NCBI GenBank assembly: GCA_023898585.1
Contig: CP060229.1
Location: 662,587 to 726,586 of the forward strand
Direction of reading: 5' to 3'
DNA length: 64,000 nt
Origin: Candidatus Nomurabacteria bacterium
GTDB taxonomy: Bacteria; Patescibacteriota; Minisyncoccia; Phycocordibacterales; UBA918
Positions within the stretch are counted from its first letter, which is position 1, and the number at the start of each line of letters is the position of its first letter. A program made the position numbers and the translations under genes. The notes under the pieces are model-generated. The model was given only the letters and a program-made list of their open reading frames with translations, was not told the DNA's origin and did not search any database. Positions 20,998-31,247 of the stretch are shown one piece after another.

Positions 20998-22800
20998 ATG
21001 ACAAATTCACAGGAAACAACAACACTAAACAACGAAGACCAAGCAACCGGCGTAATTGAGCGAGTGACCGGACCGTTGGTTCGAGCCAATGGGATGTCAT
21101 CCGCCAAGCTCTATGAAGTTGTAAAAGTATCTGAGGAGAAATTACTCGGTGAAATAATCGAGCTTCACGGTGACATTGCCGCTATTCAGGTCTATGAAGA
21201 AACAGCCGGTATTGGCCCGGGAGATGTTGTCTATAGAACCGGCCGAACCATGTCTGTCGCACTTGCTCCCGGGCTTCTTGAGTCCATATATGACGGGGTA
21301 CAACGACCGCTGAAAAAGATTGAGGTTGCCTCGGGAAACTGCTATATCAAGCGTGGTATCGAAGCCGATGCGGTTGATATGTCGAAGGTTTGGAAATTCA
21401 CACCAACCGTAAAAGTCGGTGATAAAGTTGAATCCGGTGATGTTCTCGGTGAGGTGCAAGAGACTTCCGTGATTGTACACAAGGTCATGGTACCACCCAA
21501 TGAAGGAGGGGTTGTCGCTTCCATCAAGGAGGGTGAATTTAAAGTGACTGATGAGATTGTAGCCTTAAAGCGAGAAGATGATTCGATCGCTTCTATAACA
21601 ATGCTACAGTACTGGCCGATTCGTAAGCCACGGCCAAAGAAGAATAAAATTTTCCCCAGTGAACCACTCCGTACCGGAGGCCGGTCAGTTGACACTTTCT
21701 TCCCGATTGCCAAGGGGGGAGCGGGATGTATTCCCGGGCCATTTGGAGCTGGTAAAACCGTCACTCAACAGTCTATCGCCAAACACTGTGATGCTCAAAT
21801 TATTGTTTACATTGGGTGTGGCGAGCGTGGTAATGAGATGACGGAAGTGCTCTCAGAATTTCCGCACTTGATAGACCCTAATACCGGTGAGCCACTCATG
21901 AAACGAACCATTTTGATTGCTAATACTTCAAACATGCCGGTTGCGGCGCGAGAAGCATCTGTCTATACGGGAATCACTATCGCCGAATACTACCGCGATA
22001 TGGGATACAATGTCGCCCTGATGGCTGATTCGACTTCTCGCTGGGCGGAGGCAATGCGTGAAATTTCCGGTCGTCTTGAAGAAATGCCGGGAGAAGAGGG
22101 TTATCCGGCTTATCTTTCATCACGAACTGCGGAGTTCTATGAGCGAGCCGGCATCGTGAAAACTCTCGGTAGTGATGATCGAACCGGCTCATTGACGGTG
22201 ATTGGCGCTGTGTCTCCTCCCGGTGGAGACCTTTCTGAACCGGTCTCGCAAGCGACCTTACGAGTTACAAAAACTTTCTGGTCACTCGACGCTGACTTGG
22301 CCTACAAGAAACACTTTCCTTCAATTAACTGGTTGAACTCCTATTCACTGTACGCACAGAACTTTGAGGAGTTCTGGAAAAAAGAAATTGCAATCGACTT
22401 TGCTGATGTACGAAAAACAGCTATGACTTTGCTGGAAAAAGAATCGAAGTTGTTGGAAATCGTACGTTTAGTAGGTATGGAATCGTTGTCAAACGGAGAT
22501 CGTCTAGTACTTGAGGTTGCTAGAATGATTCGTGAAGATTTTCTGTTTCAAAATGCTTTTGACAAGGACGACGCCTATACTCCTTTGGAAAGGCAATACG
22601 GAATACTGAAGTCGATCGTGACATTTTATGATGCCGGACTCGATGCAGTGCAATTGCCAGAATTCAACTTCGTTGACTTCACTAAAATGCCATGCTACGC
22701 GGAGGTGGCGAACTTGAAAAATCAACTTAAGTGGACGGAAGAAGATTATCAGACATTCCAAGACAGAGTACGAAATGAAATAGGTGCTTTAGCCGGATAG
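20998..22800 (+). CDS. atpA: A/V-type ATPase catalytic subunit A
   Basis: Walker [10 protein letters not shown] and an A-subunit non-homologous region. The start is trimmed to the ATG at 20998, after the atpF stop. Confidence 0.9.
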   Translation: MTNSQETTTLNNEDQATGVIERVTGPLVRANGMSSAKLYEVVKVSEEKLLGEIIELHGDIAAIQVYEETAGIGPGDVVYRTGRTMSVALAPGLLESIYDGVQRPLKKIEVASGNCYIKRGIEADAVDMSKVWKFTPTVKVGDKVESGDVLGEVQETSVIVHKVMVPPNEGGVVASIKEGEFKVTDEIVALKREDDSIASITMLQYWPIRKPRPKKNKIFPSEPLRTGGRSVDTFFPIAKGGAGCIPGPFGAGKTVTQQSIAKHCDAQIIVYIGCGERGNEMTEVLSEFPHLIDPNTGEPLMKRTILIANTSNMPVAAREASVYTGITIAEYYRDMGYNVALMADSTSRWAEAMREISGRLEEMPGEEGYPAYLSSRTAEFYERAGIVKTLGSDDRTGSLTVIGAVSPPGGDLSEPVSQATLRVTKTFWSLDADLAYKKHFPSINWLNSYSLYAQNFEEFWKKEIAIDFADVRKTAMTLLEKESKLLEIVRLVGMESLSNGDRLVLEVARMIREDFLFQNAFDKDDAYTPLERQYGILKSIVTFYDAGLDAVQLPEFNFVDFTKMPCYAEVANLKNQLKWTEEDYQTFQDRVRNEIGALAG

Positions 22801-22819
22801 TTTTAGTCAATCATTTACC

Positions 22820-24211
22820 ATGAGTCAAAAAGAATATACAGACATTTCTTCAATTGCCGGACCGCTAGTGATAGTGGAAGGGGTTGAAGGAGCAAAATAT
22901 GAAGAATTGGTGGAGGTTAATGTAACCGGTGAAAGCGTACCACGCTTTGGTAAAGTGCTTGATATTTCCAAGGGTAGGGCGGTTGTGCAGATGTTTGGTG
23001 ATACCAGTGGTATGACGGCCGACGGTGCTCGCGCTCGTTTTCGTGGCGAGACCCTCAAACTTGGTGTGTCAGAAGACATGCTCGGTCGAGTGTTTAACGG
23101 CGCCGGTAGAGTGGCTGACGGTGGTCCTGAGATAGTGCCAGAACAGCGACTTAATATCGGTGGAGAACCAATGAATCCATACAGTCGCGAATTCCCGAAT
23201 GATTTTATCCAAACCGGAATTGGTTCCATTGATGTGATGAACACGCTTGTTCGTGGACAAAAACTTCCAATTTTTTCCGGAGCGGGACTACCACATGCCA
23301 GACTGGCGGCTCAAATTGCGAGACAAGCGAAGGTAAATGACGGTGGAGAATTCGCTATCGTGTTTGCTACCCTCGGAGTTTCTTTTGAAGAAGCCGAGTA
23401 TTTCCGCAGGGAATTTGAAGAAGCCGGTGCGCTGGAACGTTCCGTACTCTTTATCAACACTGCCGCCGACCCGGTGGTGGAACGTATTTCCACTCCACGT
23501 ATGGCTTTGACCACGGCAGAATATTTAGCCTTCGAGAAAGGTAAGCATGTTCTCGTTATCCTGACCGACCTTACCAATTACTGCGAAGCTCTTCGAGAAG
23601 TATCCGCGGCCCGCAAAGAAGTTCCTGGTCGAAGAGGGTATCCCGGTTACTTATACACCGACCTTTCAACTTTGTATGAACGGGCCGGACGAGTGAAAGG
23701 AAAGAAGGGAACTATTACTCAGATTCCGATTTTGACCATGCCTGATGATGATAAGACCCACCCGGTACCCGATCTCACAGGTTACATCACTGAAGGGCAG
23801 TTTGTGATTTCTCGTGAGCTTTACCGAAAGGGTATTTTCCCTCCGGTTGATGTGCAAGGGTCACTCTCGCGACTTTGGTCGGCCGGAGTCGGTGAAGGAA
23901 AAACCAGAGAAGATCACTCGGCTTTAAAGGACCAACTTTTCGCATCATACGCGACTGGTCGGGAAGTGCGTGAATTGGCGGTGGTGCTTGGGGAAGCTTC
24001 GCTCGACGATGCTGATCGCGCTCATCTTAAATTTGCTGATGCCTTCGAGTCTGAATTCGTCGGACAAGGTGAGTACGAGAACAGGTCGGTTCAAGAATCT
24101 CTCGATCTGGGTTGGAAATTGTTGACGCTTTTGCCTCAAACATCACTGAAGCGTGTCAAACCGGCGCAAATCGAAAAGTACATGCCAAAAACAGAAGCGG
24201 TTAAAAAGTAA
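22820..24211 (+). CDS. atpB: A/V-type ATPase subunit B
   Basis: 463 aa, non-catalytic nucleotide-binding subunit. Confidence 0.9.
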   Translation: MSQKEYTDISSIAGPLVIVEGVEGAKYEELVEVNVTGESVPRFGKVLDISKGRAVVQMFGDTSGMTADGARARFRGETLKLGVSEDMLGRVFNGAGRVADGGPEIVPEQRLNIGGEPMNPYSREFPNDFIQTGIGSIDVMNTLVRGQKLPIFSGAGLPHARLAAQIARQAKVNDGGEFAIVFATLGVSFEEAEYFRREFEEAGALERSVLFINTAADPVVERISTPRMALTTAEYLAFEKGKHVLVILTDLTNYCEALREVSAARKEVPGRRGYPGYLYTDLSTLYERAGRVKGKKGTITQIPILTMPDDDKTHPVPDLTGYITEGQFVISRELYRKGIFPPVDVQGSLSRLWSAGVGEGKTREDHSALKDQLFASYATGREVRELAVVLGEASLDDADRAHLKFADAFESEFVGQGEYENRSVQESLDLGWKLLTLLPQTSLKRVKPAQIEKYMPKTEAVKK

Positions 24212-24255
24212 ACCGGGTGAACTTTGTTTAGACACATTAATTAACAGAGACAACT

Positions 24256-24888
24256 ATGGCGATACTAAAAGTAAATCCCACCAGAATTGCACTCCTTGGT
24301 CTCAAGAAGGAGCTTAAAGTGGCCAAGAAGGGACATAAATTACTTAAGGACAAACGAGACGGTTTGGTTAAGAAATTTATGGTGGTTATTTACAAAGCCA
24401 AGTCCTTGCGCGAATCGGTTGAGGAACGTCTTGGTTCTGCTTTCGACTCCTACACCAGAGCTAGTGGAATGACTGCTTCGGTTGCTTTAGACACCGCTTT
24501 TATGGTTCCTAACGCTAAAATAGATTTGGATGTTAAAGTGACCAGTGTGATGTCGGTTAAAATTCCCGAATTCAAAATTCAAAAAACAGGCACGGCCTTT
24601 TCCTATGGGCAATTAGAAACGACCGGCGATCTCGATAATGCGATGGTAAAGTTCGATGAAGTTTTTGTCGATATTTTGCATTTGGCTGAACTGGAAAAGA
24701 CAGCCGAGAACCTGGCCGAAGAAATTGAAAAAACCCGGCGTCGCGTGTCGGCTCTTGAGAATGTGCGCATCCCCAATTTAAATGACACTATTAAGTTCAT
24801 CACTATGCAACTAGACGAACGTGGGCGTGACGCTATTGTTTCTACTATGCGCGTAAAGGCTATGATTATGGCGAAAGAGGGAGGGTGA
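24256..24888 (+). CDS. atpD: A/V-type ATPase subunit D
   Basis: 210 aa central-stalk coiled-coil subunit. Confidence 0.85.
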   Translation: MAILKVNPTRIALLGLKKELKVAKKGHKLLKDKRDGLVKKFMVVIYKAKSLRESVEERLGSAFDSYTRASGMTASVALDTAFMVPNAKIDLDVKVTSVMSVKIPEFKIQKTGTAFSYGQLETTGDLDNAMVKFDEVFVDILHLAELEKTAENLAEEIEKTRRRVSALENVRIPNLNDTIKFITMQLDERGRDAIVSTMRVKAMIMAKEGG

Positions 24889-24911
24889 TCTGAAATTAAG
24901 AGTTTGGTTGT

Positions 24912-24950
24912 AAAAGTTGGTTGGCGCCTACGGCGCCAACCAACTTTTAC
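24912..24950 (+). terminator. Rho-independent terminator of the ATPase operon
   Basis: aaaagttggttggcgcc-tac-ggcgccaaccaactttt, a perfect 17-bp stem. Confidence 0.65.
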
Positions 24951-25021
24951 AATTGACAATCACATCCAATCTGCTTAAATGCTGGCAGAAAGTTCGGTTT
25001 TAATCTGGGGAGTAAAAATAC

Positions 25022-25555
25022 ATGAGCAATTTTGGCCTGGTCGTTGTGTTAAAAGGGTGGTTTGGCGTGTTATTTGACTGGCTCGATACCATTTTTGATT
25101 GGTTGTATCATAGGTATCTGTTATTTGAATACCACATACTTACTCGCTTTCGTAATCGTCGGTATCTTTATGTGAGAGGAGACAAGACTACATATCACGT
25201 AGTTGAACCTCCAGGAAAGGGAGAGCGTGAATGGAAGGTGAAAAAGTCTACCGGTGAAACAATTTTCACTTTTAATTCCAAAGAAGTCCGCAAGATCAAC
25301 AGTGACTTCAGCAGTAGTCATACTGTCTTAGACTGGTTACATCACGTATATCTATTGTGGCAGTACAGGTACGCTAGCGATTGTGATCGACAGTATCTTC
25401 ATGTAAGGGGAGATCAGACTACGTACTATGTAGTTGAACCTCCAGGAAAGGGAGAGCGTGAATGGAAGGTGAAAAAGTCTACCGGTGAAACAATTTTCAC
25501 TTTTTATTCCAAAGAAGTGCATAAGATCGGCGGTGACTTCAGCAGTCACGATTGA
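25022..25555 (+). CDS. Hypothetical Trp/Tyr-rich protein built from two tandem ~77-aa repeats
   Basis: YL(Y/H)VRGD(K/Q)TTY(H/Y)VVEPPGKGEREWKVKKSTGETIFTF(N/Y)SKEV occurs twice. The DNA is 74/74 nt identical between 25200-25273 and 25431-25504. Confidence 0.5.
   Translation: MSNFGLVVVLKGWFGVLFDWLDTIFDWLYHRYLLFEYHILTRFRNRRYLYVRGDKTTYHVVEPPGKGEREWKVKKSTGETIFTFNSKEVRKINSDFSSSHTVLDWLHHVYLLWQYRYASDCDRQYLHVRGDQTTYYVVEPPGKGEREWKVKKSTGETIFTFYSKEVHKIGGDFSSHD
25091..25552 (+). repeat. Intragenic tandem duplication, 2 x ~231 bp
   Basis: Direct nucleotide repeat with a 100% identical 74-nt core. Confidence 0.8.
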
Positions 25556-25587
25556 TCGTAAACATAAGCAATTTCGAGATGTCTTTA

Positions 25588-25625
25588 AAGGGGCGACAAG
25601 TTTTTAGTCGCCTTTTGTTTTTGTC
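25588..25625 (+). terminator. Rho-independent terminator
   Basis: ggcgac-loop-gtcgcc followed by ttttgttttt. Confidence 0.55.
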
Positions 25626-25779
25626 ATACTGAATGTTTCGACCGTTTGTTGTTACCATTAAACTCATCGTCGTTCCACCAGTAAATCTCACTTTTGTAGT
25701 GGAATTTCAAATACCCATTGGCCTTACTGAAATACTTACAACCAAAAACAACATGGGCGGAAATGGGTAAGTGAAACAT
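25624..25779 (-). pseudogene. Remnant of a uracil-DNA glycosylase 3' end (51-codon ORF)
   Basis: Translation MFHLPISAHVVFGCKYFSKANGYLK... parallels the ung C-terminus HPSPFSVHSGFFGCRHFSKTNEYLK. At the DNA level it matches 26495-26545. Confidence 0.45.
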
Positions 25780-25831
25780 CTTCAAAATTTATATCACAGA
25801 GCTGATGATGCCCATTGTTTTACTTGTCATT

Positions 25832-26317
25832 TTACTTTTGAAGAATGAGTTCAGCCTTGTTGGCTAAAGAAACAAAGATACCAAGTTCCTCAATGTTAAA
25901 ATCTCTCGGTTGATCGTCCTTTACGCAAAACACACCAAGCGGTTGTCCTGTTGTATGGTCAGTTAGACGCATTCCAGCGTAAAAGCGAAGAAATGGTGGT
26001 CCAGCAACATAGGGATTATCTATGTAACGATTGTCTTTCAAGGTATCTCTTACTATTAAAACATCCTTCTGTGCTAGCGCATGTCCGCAAAACGAAATGT
26101 TTCGTGGTCCGCAAGTACGGTGCTCACCTTGGCATGAAATATAGACTTCCTCGTCACTGGTTATAAGTGAGACGACACTGATTTTAACATGCAGTTTATC
26201 AATTGCCTCAGCAGTAATCTCGTCAAATCGATCATCTCTATCGACTGACATTAACCCTTTTTGCTTCATTACAGCCAAACGTTCGCTTTCGTTTGGTAAT
26301 ACTGGGCTTTGTATCAT
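25832..26317 (-). CDS. GAF-domain protein (fRMsr-like)
   Basis: 161 aa single GAF fold with conserved Cys residues. Confidence 0.55.
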   Translation of the reverse strand: MIQSPVLPNESERLAVMKQKGLMSVDRDDRFDEITAEAIDKLHVKISVVSLITSDEEVYISCQGEHRTCGPRNISFCGHALAQKDVLIVRDTLKDNRYIDNPYVAGPPFLRFYAGMRLTDHTTGQPLGVFCVKDDQPRDFNIEELGIFVSLANKAELILQK

Positions 26318-26464
26318 GTACGTTCTTTGTTATTTTATTTATAAGTGGTCATAACACACCCTCTATTATTAATTGTACTTAACCAAAGATAAATTTTTTA
26401 TAAAATTATAAAACGAACCACACCAAGGTTTTGGCTGAGGGGATGAAAAAAGTGGAATTTTTAT

Positions 26465-27127
26465 TCACCACATGATCATTTTTAAACCATTAATTTTCAA
26501 ATATTCATTGGTCTTACTGAAGTGCCTACAACCGAAAAAACCTGAATGTACCGAGAAAGGTGATGGGTGCGGTGCTTCGAGTACCAAGTGTTTTTGTTTG
26601 TCTACCAATGTTGCCTTTGATCTGGCAAAGTTGCCCCAGAGTAGGAATACTGCATGTTCTTTTTGGTCGGAGATGGTTTTAATTACCGCGTCGGTGAAAG
26701 TTTCCCAGCCCAACCCTTGATGGCTCCCGGCGTTATCTTTTTCTACTGTGAGTGTGGCGTTAAGAAGTAAGACACCTTGTTTGGCCCATCTTTCTAAATT
26801 GCCACTTTCCGGAATTTCCGTGCCAATGTCAGCTTCTATCTCTTTGTAGATATTTTGGAGGGATGGTGGCTGTCGTACTCCGTCTTGAACCGAGAAGGAA
26901 AGGCCGTGCGCTTGTCCTGGGCCATGATAAGGGTCTTGGCCGAGAATGACCACATTGACTTTATCAAGCGGACAAAGGTTAAAAGCGTTAAAGACATTTT
27001 TAGGAGCAGGGAAGACGGTTCTCTCAATATAGGCTGTTTTAATCTTGTTTGTTAGTTCGGAAAAATAGGGTTTCTCGAATTCCTCCGCCAAAGCAGTTTT
27101 CCACGATTTTTCGATTTTGACCTCCAT
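26465..27127 (-). CDS. ung: Uracil-DNA glycosylase, family 1
   Basis: GQDPYH catalytic motif and a HPSPFS...GFFGC C-terminal motif. Confidence 0.9.
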   Translation of the reverse strand: MEVKIEKSWKTALAEEFEKPYFSELTNKIKTAYIERTVFPAPKNVFNAFNLCPLDKVNVVILGQDPYHGPGQAHGLSFSVQDGVRQPPSLQNIYKEIEADIGTEIPESGNLERWAKQGVLLLNATLTVEKDNAGSHQGLGWETFTDAVIKTISDQKEHAVFLLWGNFARSKATLVDKQKHLVLEAPHPSPFSVHSGFFGCRHFSKTNEYLKINGLKMIMW

Positions 27128-27157
27128 GCGGGCAGTATATCAAGTAAACTTAAGAAT

Positions 27158-27379
27158 ATGAAAGATTCACGAATGAGAAGCGTTGTGAAGGGCTTGACGT
27201 GGCGTGTCATTGCCACCTGCACGACAATGTCGCTGGTGTACATAGGAACAGGTGATTTGACTTTGATGGCTCATGTAGGGATTGCTGATGTTGTTATTAA
27301 ACTATTCTTCTATTACGGACACGAACGAGCTTGGGGGAGACTGGCCTGGGGTAGAGCGGTAATGTCGGTGAATAAGTAA
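27158..27379 (+). CDS. DUF2061-family small membrane protein
   Basis: KGLTWRVIAT...YYGHERAW pattern. Confidence 0.5.
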   Translation: MKDSRMRSVVKGLTWRVIATCTTMSLVYIGTGDLTLMAHVGIADVVIKLFFYYGHERAWGRLAWGRAVMSVNK

Positions 27380-27392
27380 GAACTGTAGCTAT

Positions 27393-28256
27393 TTATTTCT
27401 GACACCTCGAACAATAATGCGTCCCGCGACCGGCAACTCGGATTTTTTTGATGGCGTTACCACATCTTTCGCAGGCTTGTTCCTGCTTGCCAAACACTTT
27501 TAGATGTTGGGTGAAATTGCCTTTTCTTCCATCGGTGTCTTTGAAGTGCTGGAAAGTGGTGCCACCGACGGCTATAGATTCGCGCATGACGTCTCCGGAG
27601 GCGGTGGCTAAAGCCACCGCCTCTTTCTTGGTAACCTTGTCAGACCTTCGCGTCGGCTTCACTTTAGCCCGCCACAGTGCCTCATCGACATAAATATTTC
27701 CCAAGCCAGCAATGAAGGTCTGGTCTAGCAAAACCGCTTTTATCGGAGCCTTGCGTTTTTTTAATTTTTCATAAAACCACTCGCTGTCAAACTCCGGGTG
27801 AATTGGTTCCGGACCGAATCGAGCTTTGGCGACTTCCAAACCTTTCTTGTTAGTGAGTTTGAGATAACCGAAAATCCGCATGTCATTGAAATGTAGGGAA
27901 GTGCGGTCTTTTAAATGGATGGTTACTCTTGTGTGTCGGCCGGGGAGGTTGAGGTCGGTGGCGGCCACGGAGTGGCCACCACCCGCGATACCACCCTCTC
28001 TGTCGACAAAGAAAAACTGCCCAGTCATCTTCAAGTGTGCCAAGAGAAATAGATCATCTTCACCAACAAATGAAAAAATCATCAGCTTTCCAATTCTGTC
28101 GATGTTGGAAATAGTCTTATTTCTCAATCTGTCTTCGATATTGTTGTCTCCTTTTATACTCTTATCATGAAAAACCTCGACACTCGAGATTGTCTTGCCT
28201 ACGATTTTACTTTTGAGTTGTAACCGTACGGTCTCAACCTCCGGAAGTTCTGGCAT
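27393..28256 (-). CDS. mutM: Formamidopyrimidine-DNA glycosylase
   Basis: N-terminal MPELPEVE (catalytic Pro2), H2TH and a C-terminal zinc finger CxxC...CxxC. The start is trimmed to MPELPEV. Confidence 0.85.
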   Translation of the reverse strand: MPELPEVETVRLQLKSKIVGKTISSVEVFHDKSIKGDNNIEDRLRNKTISNIDRIGKLMIFSFVGEDDLFLLAHLKMTGQFFFVDREGGIAGGGHSVAATDLNLPGRHTRVTIHLKDRTSLHFNDMRIFGYLKLTNKKGLEVAKARFGPEPIHPEFDSEWFYEKLKKRKAPIKAVLLDQTFIAGLGNIYVDEALWRAKVKPTRRSDKVTKKEAVALATASGDVMRESIAVGGTTFQHFKDTDGRKGNFTQHLKVFGKQEQACERCGNAIKKIRVAGRGTHYCSRCQK

Positions 28257-28454
28257 GACGAAATTGTACCAGCAAATCAAGGTCTGGCTATTGAATAATC
28301 ATTATATTTCGGTACAATGCTTTCCATCTGTTACTGATTGAAAGGTGACAGGAATATGATGATGGCGTACAACTAAATATATTCCGCAGTAAGTGAAAAC
28401 TTTCTGTGTTCATTCGAAAGGCACATGAAAATAAACTTTCATAATCTTTCTCAT

Positions 28455-28526
28455 TCCGCAGTAGCTCAGTGGTAGAGCAGGTCGCTGTTAACGACTTGGT
28501 CGTAGGTTCGAATCCTACCTGCGGAG
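28455..28526 (+). tRNA. tRNA-Asn (anticodon GTT)
   Basis: Hand-folded cloverleaf: acceptor tccgcag/ctgcgga, D-arm gctc-agtggtag-agc, anticodon stem ggtcg/cgact with loop cuGUUaa, T-arm gtagg-ttcgaat-cctac, discriminator G. Confidence 0.85.
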
Positions 28527-30209
28527 CATAATAGAAAAAACAGGGTCTTTTGGCTCTGTTTTTTCATTTGAGCCTTTATCTACAACATAATTTTTAGGTT
28601 CGAACTTTGGATTTACAGCTTTTGCTCGTTTAATACCTTCAATCAGTTTCTCAATAGCAATATCGTTGTAAATCTTGAGTTCTTCGTTGTTCCAAACTAG
28701 GTTCGAACCAAGTTTTGAAAGCATCGTTCTTTTTGCTTCAACATCGTCTTCAGTAAAGACTCCAGCAATGGTGGAAGTGATGTCTGTAATCTCCATCATT
28801 CGTGCATACCAATCAACTGTTTCTTCGTCACTTACTGTTACGTCAGCATATGATTCATTGAGTCGCCTCAAGTCCTCGTTATATTCTTCCTCGGTAAATT
28901 TACCGTCTCGGTACATTGCTCGGAGTTTCGCCTTCTTTTCTTCAAACTCCTGCTTACGTGCTTCTCGGTTTCTGCTCATCGCGACCTTTTCAACTGCTTC
29001 CTGCCCCTTGAGTTCATGAATATGCTTCTTTGACCACTCAACTAGCTCTGGTGAAAATTGTAGGTTCTCAAGGGCAAAATTTGCCATATACACGTCGATG
29101 TCACTCGAAGCAATAGATTTGTATGTTTCGCCAGCTTTCTTTGCTTTGACGTTGTAGTGCCAGATGTAGGATAGATATTTTGGGTGCTCCATTTTGTCTA
29201 TCTCAACACCACAACTAGGGCAGTGGGTTTTGCTTCGGTAGGCAAACTTGTGTTTACAATCACAGATAACTTGAAACTTCACATCCTGACCAATAGTGCC
29301 TTCATCGTGGCTACTAATGAATCCAGAGTATGTGGTCTGGTGATGCTGTACTTTTGGAATATGTGCCTTTGAAAGAATCATCTTTATTTTGTTATGTTCA
29401 GCTTCTGTGATGAGTCGTGGTAGTGATTTATCCAACTCAAATCTTTCACCACCATAGAAAAAGAAACCAGCATAGATTGGGTCTTTCAAAATCTCATACA
29501 TTCGGGAAAGTACAATTAGTTCGCCACCGGTCTTCTTTCTTGGAACAGTAGTCAATTTTAGTTCCTCAACTGCGTACTTGTGCAGTTTGCCTGCTGAATA
29601 TGTGCCAGTGAGAAACTTCTTTAGAAGTATCTCAATCAGTGGAAGTCTTACTTGGTCAACCAACCATTTACGATTTCCTTTTTCTTCACTTTTATCATTA
29701 AGGAATCCTAGCGTGGCTACACCATGGGGTACTCCCATTCGTGCTTTTTTGAATTGTCCTCGTTTTACGTCCCTACTCAAGTTTTTTGAATATTGCTTTG
29801 AAGCTCCAAAATGGTATGACAAAATTCCAGCGTCAGAATTTTCGTCATAAACTTCGGTCGGAGTTATTACAACCAACTTTCCCGCACCTAGGAGGTCAAT
29901 TAAAATACCACCCTCGGTCATATTTCTAGCAAGACGATTTATATGCCAGCATACAATAGCGTTTATTTCCCCTTTAAATATTTTTTGCATCATTTCATTA
30001 AATTGTGGACGCAAACCAGCTTCTTTAGCTGATTTTGCATCTTGAAATTTTATGAAAGGTGTTTTGAGTTTGTAATACTCTGCAATATTGTTACATTCAT
30101 CTTCTTGTGAAGACAAAGAAAGCATCTGCCTATCTTCCCCTTCAGTAGATTTGCGATGATAATTTGCAGGTTTAAGTTTTGTAAAATCTAGTGTTTTTTC
30201 CATAAACAA
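28515..30209 (-). CDS. Large serine recombinase (resolvase/invertase catalytic domain, recombinase domain and zinc-ribbon region)
   Basis: N-terminal YHRKSTEGEDRQ...LSLSSQ (catalytic Ser region), later ...GILIDLLGAGKLVVI, a Cys cluster CDCKHKF...CPSCG and a coiled-coil C-terminus. The 3' end overlaps the last 12 nt of tRNA-Asn. Confidence 0.8.
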   Translation of the reverse strand: MFMEKTLDFTKLKPANYHRKSTEGEDRQMLSLSSQEDECNNIAEYYKLKTPFIKFQDAKSAKEAGLRPQFNEMMQKIFKGEINAIVCWHINRLARNMTEGGILIDLLGAGKLVVITPTEVYDENSDAGILSYHFGASKQYSKNLSRDVKRGQFKKARMGVPHGVATLGFLNDKSEEKGNRKWLVDQVRLPLIEILLKKFLTGTYSAGKLHKYAVEELKLTTVPRKKTGGELIVLSRMYEILKDPIYAGFFFYGGERFELDKSLPRLITEAEHNKIKMILSKAHIPKVQHHQTTYSGFISSHDEGTIGQDVKFQVICDCKHKFAYRSKTHCPSCGVEIDKMEHPKYLSYIWHYNVKAKKAGETYKSIASSDIDVYMANFALENLQFSPELVEWSKKHIHELKGQEAVEKVAMSRNREARKQEFEEKKAKLRAMYRDGKFTEEEYNEDLRRLNESYADVTVSDEETVDWYARMMEITDITSTIAGVFTEDDVEAKRTMLSKLGSNLVWNNEELKIYNDIAIEKLIEGIKRAKAVNPKFEPKNYVVDKGSNEKTEPKDPVFSIMLRR

Positions 30210-30238
30210 AAATGAGGAAACGAGATGACTTTTAGTTG

Positions 30239-30319
30239 CTACACCAAAGGATACTCATTTCCTCGTTTTTATTAACAAAAAACTTTCTATGAAGTCTTTT
30301 GTGAATTCCTTTGGTGTAG
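30239..30319. repeat. Inverted repeat pair (14 bp, gctacaccaaagga / tcctttggtgtagc) just upstream of the recombinase start
   Basis: 30239-30251 pairs with 30307-30319, separated by ~55 nt. Confidence 0.5.
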
Positions 30320-30615
30320 CTTAAGTATTTTATCAATACTCATATTATTCCACTAGCCCCGCTTTACCTTTTGAACTGTAAAGGCTTTTGAGGTATTTGA
30401 ACTAGTCAAAAACTTTTATGAAGTAACTACTGGATACGCGACTATGTGACCTTGAACACATAATCCATATCGGAGTGATTACGGTACAGATTCAATGGCT
30501 GGGTGGAGCGGTAAACCATTTGCCCAGCTTTCGCATCTACACCTTAATTCACCCTTATTATTTGAGAGGAGCTTCTTTGTCTCTCTGCCCCTAAAAGAGT
30601 TTCGTAATTACGTTG

Positions 30616-30807
30616 TTATATATATTTCTCAATATTGTCGGAAACAGTTTCTTTTTTCATAGATAGTAGTAGCCCACTCATCAATAGGTGACCAATTTTC
30701 TCGAGTTCATCTTCTGAAATTGAGTTTACAAAATCAGTCCCGATAGTGATTTCGAGAGTAGAGCGAAGCTCGTTCAAAGCTTTATTACTGATTCTAAATT
30801 GAGTCAC
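30616..30807 (-). CDS. Hypothetical small protein
   Basis: 63 aa, island ORFan. Confidence 0.3.
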   Translation of the reverse strand: MTQFRISNKALNELRSTLEITIGTDFVNSISEDELEKIGHLLMSGLLLSMKKETVSDNIEKYI

Positions 30808-31081
30808 AAGAGTGTGCTTTTTCTGAAGCGTAGAAAAAGAAAAAGACGACCTAATGTCGCCTTATTCACTCGAGGTTTTGTTCAAACACCAAGAATAAAT
30901 AAGACATTATGTTTGCAGTATTCTGCAAACGAAATTCATTTATTTATTCAACGTGTTCGAGCAAAACTGAACTGTTTTGTCTTTTGGAGCACGAGCTCCG
31001 CCAATTTCTTGACTTGCTCATTATAGCATTTACCAAAACAGAAACCAAGAAAATATACAAAAAATGGAGTATAATCAAAAC

Positions 31082-31230
31082 GCTGACAGTAACTATAAGT
31101 ATAAGTTTCCGAAAGGAAGCTTTGTCGTTAATCGTGTGCGGAATACGCACTCTCGCTTCTTGAGGAAACACGATTAGCGGCGAAAGCTTCTAGTTGCTGT
31201 CAGCACCTCTCGCGGGGGTGCGTTTTCTTT
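31082..31230 (+). ncRNA. Candidate structured leader/small RNA with intrinsic terminator
   Basis: Perfect TATAAT at 31070-31075; an 8-bp closing stem gctgacag(31082-89)/ctgtcagc(31197-204); an internal GNRA hairpin aagtttcc-GAAA-ggaagctt; a gtgcg-gaata-cgcac hairpin; and a terminator gcacc-(9 nt)-ggtgc plus gttttcttt. It ends 18 nt before the ATG at 31248. Confidence 0.3.
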
Positions 31231-31247
31231 ATATATAACTAAACTAT

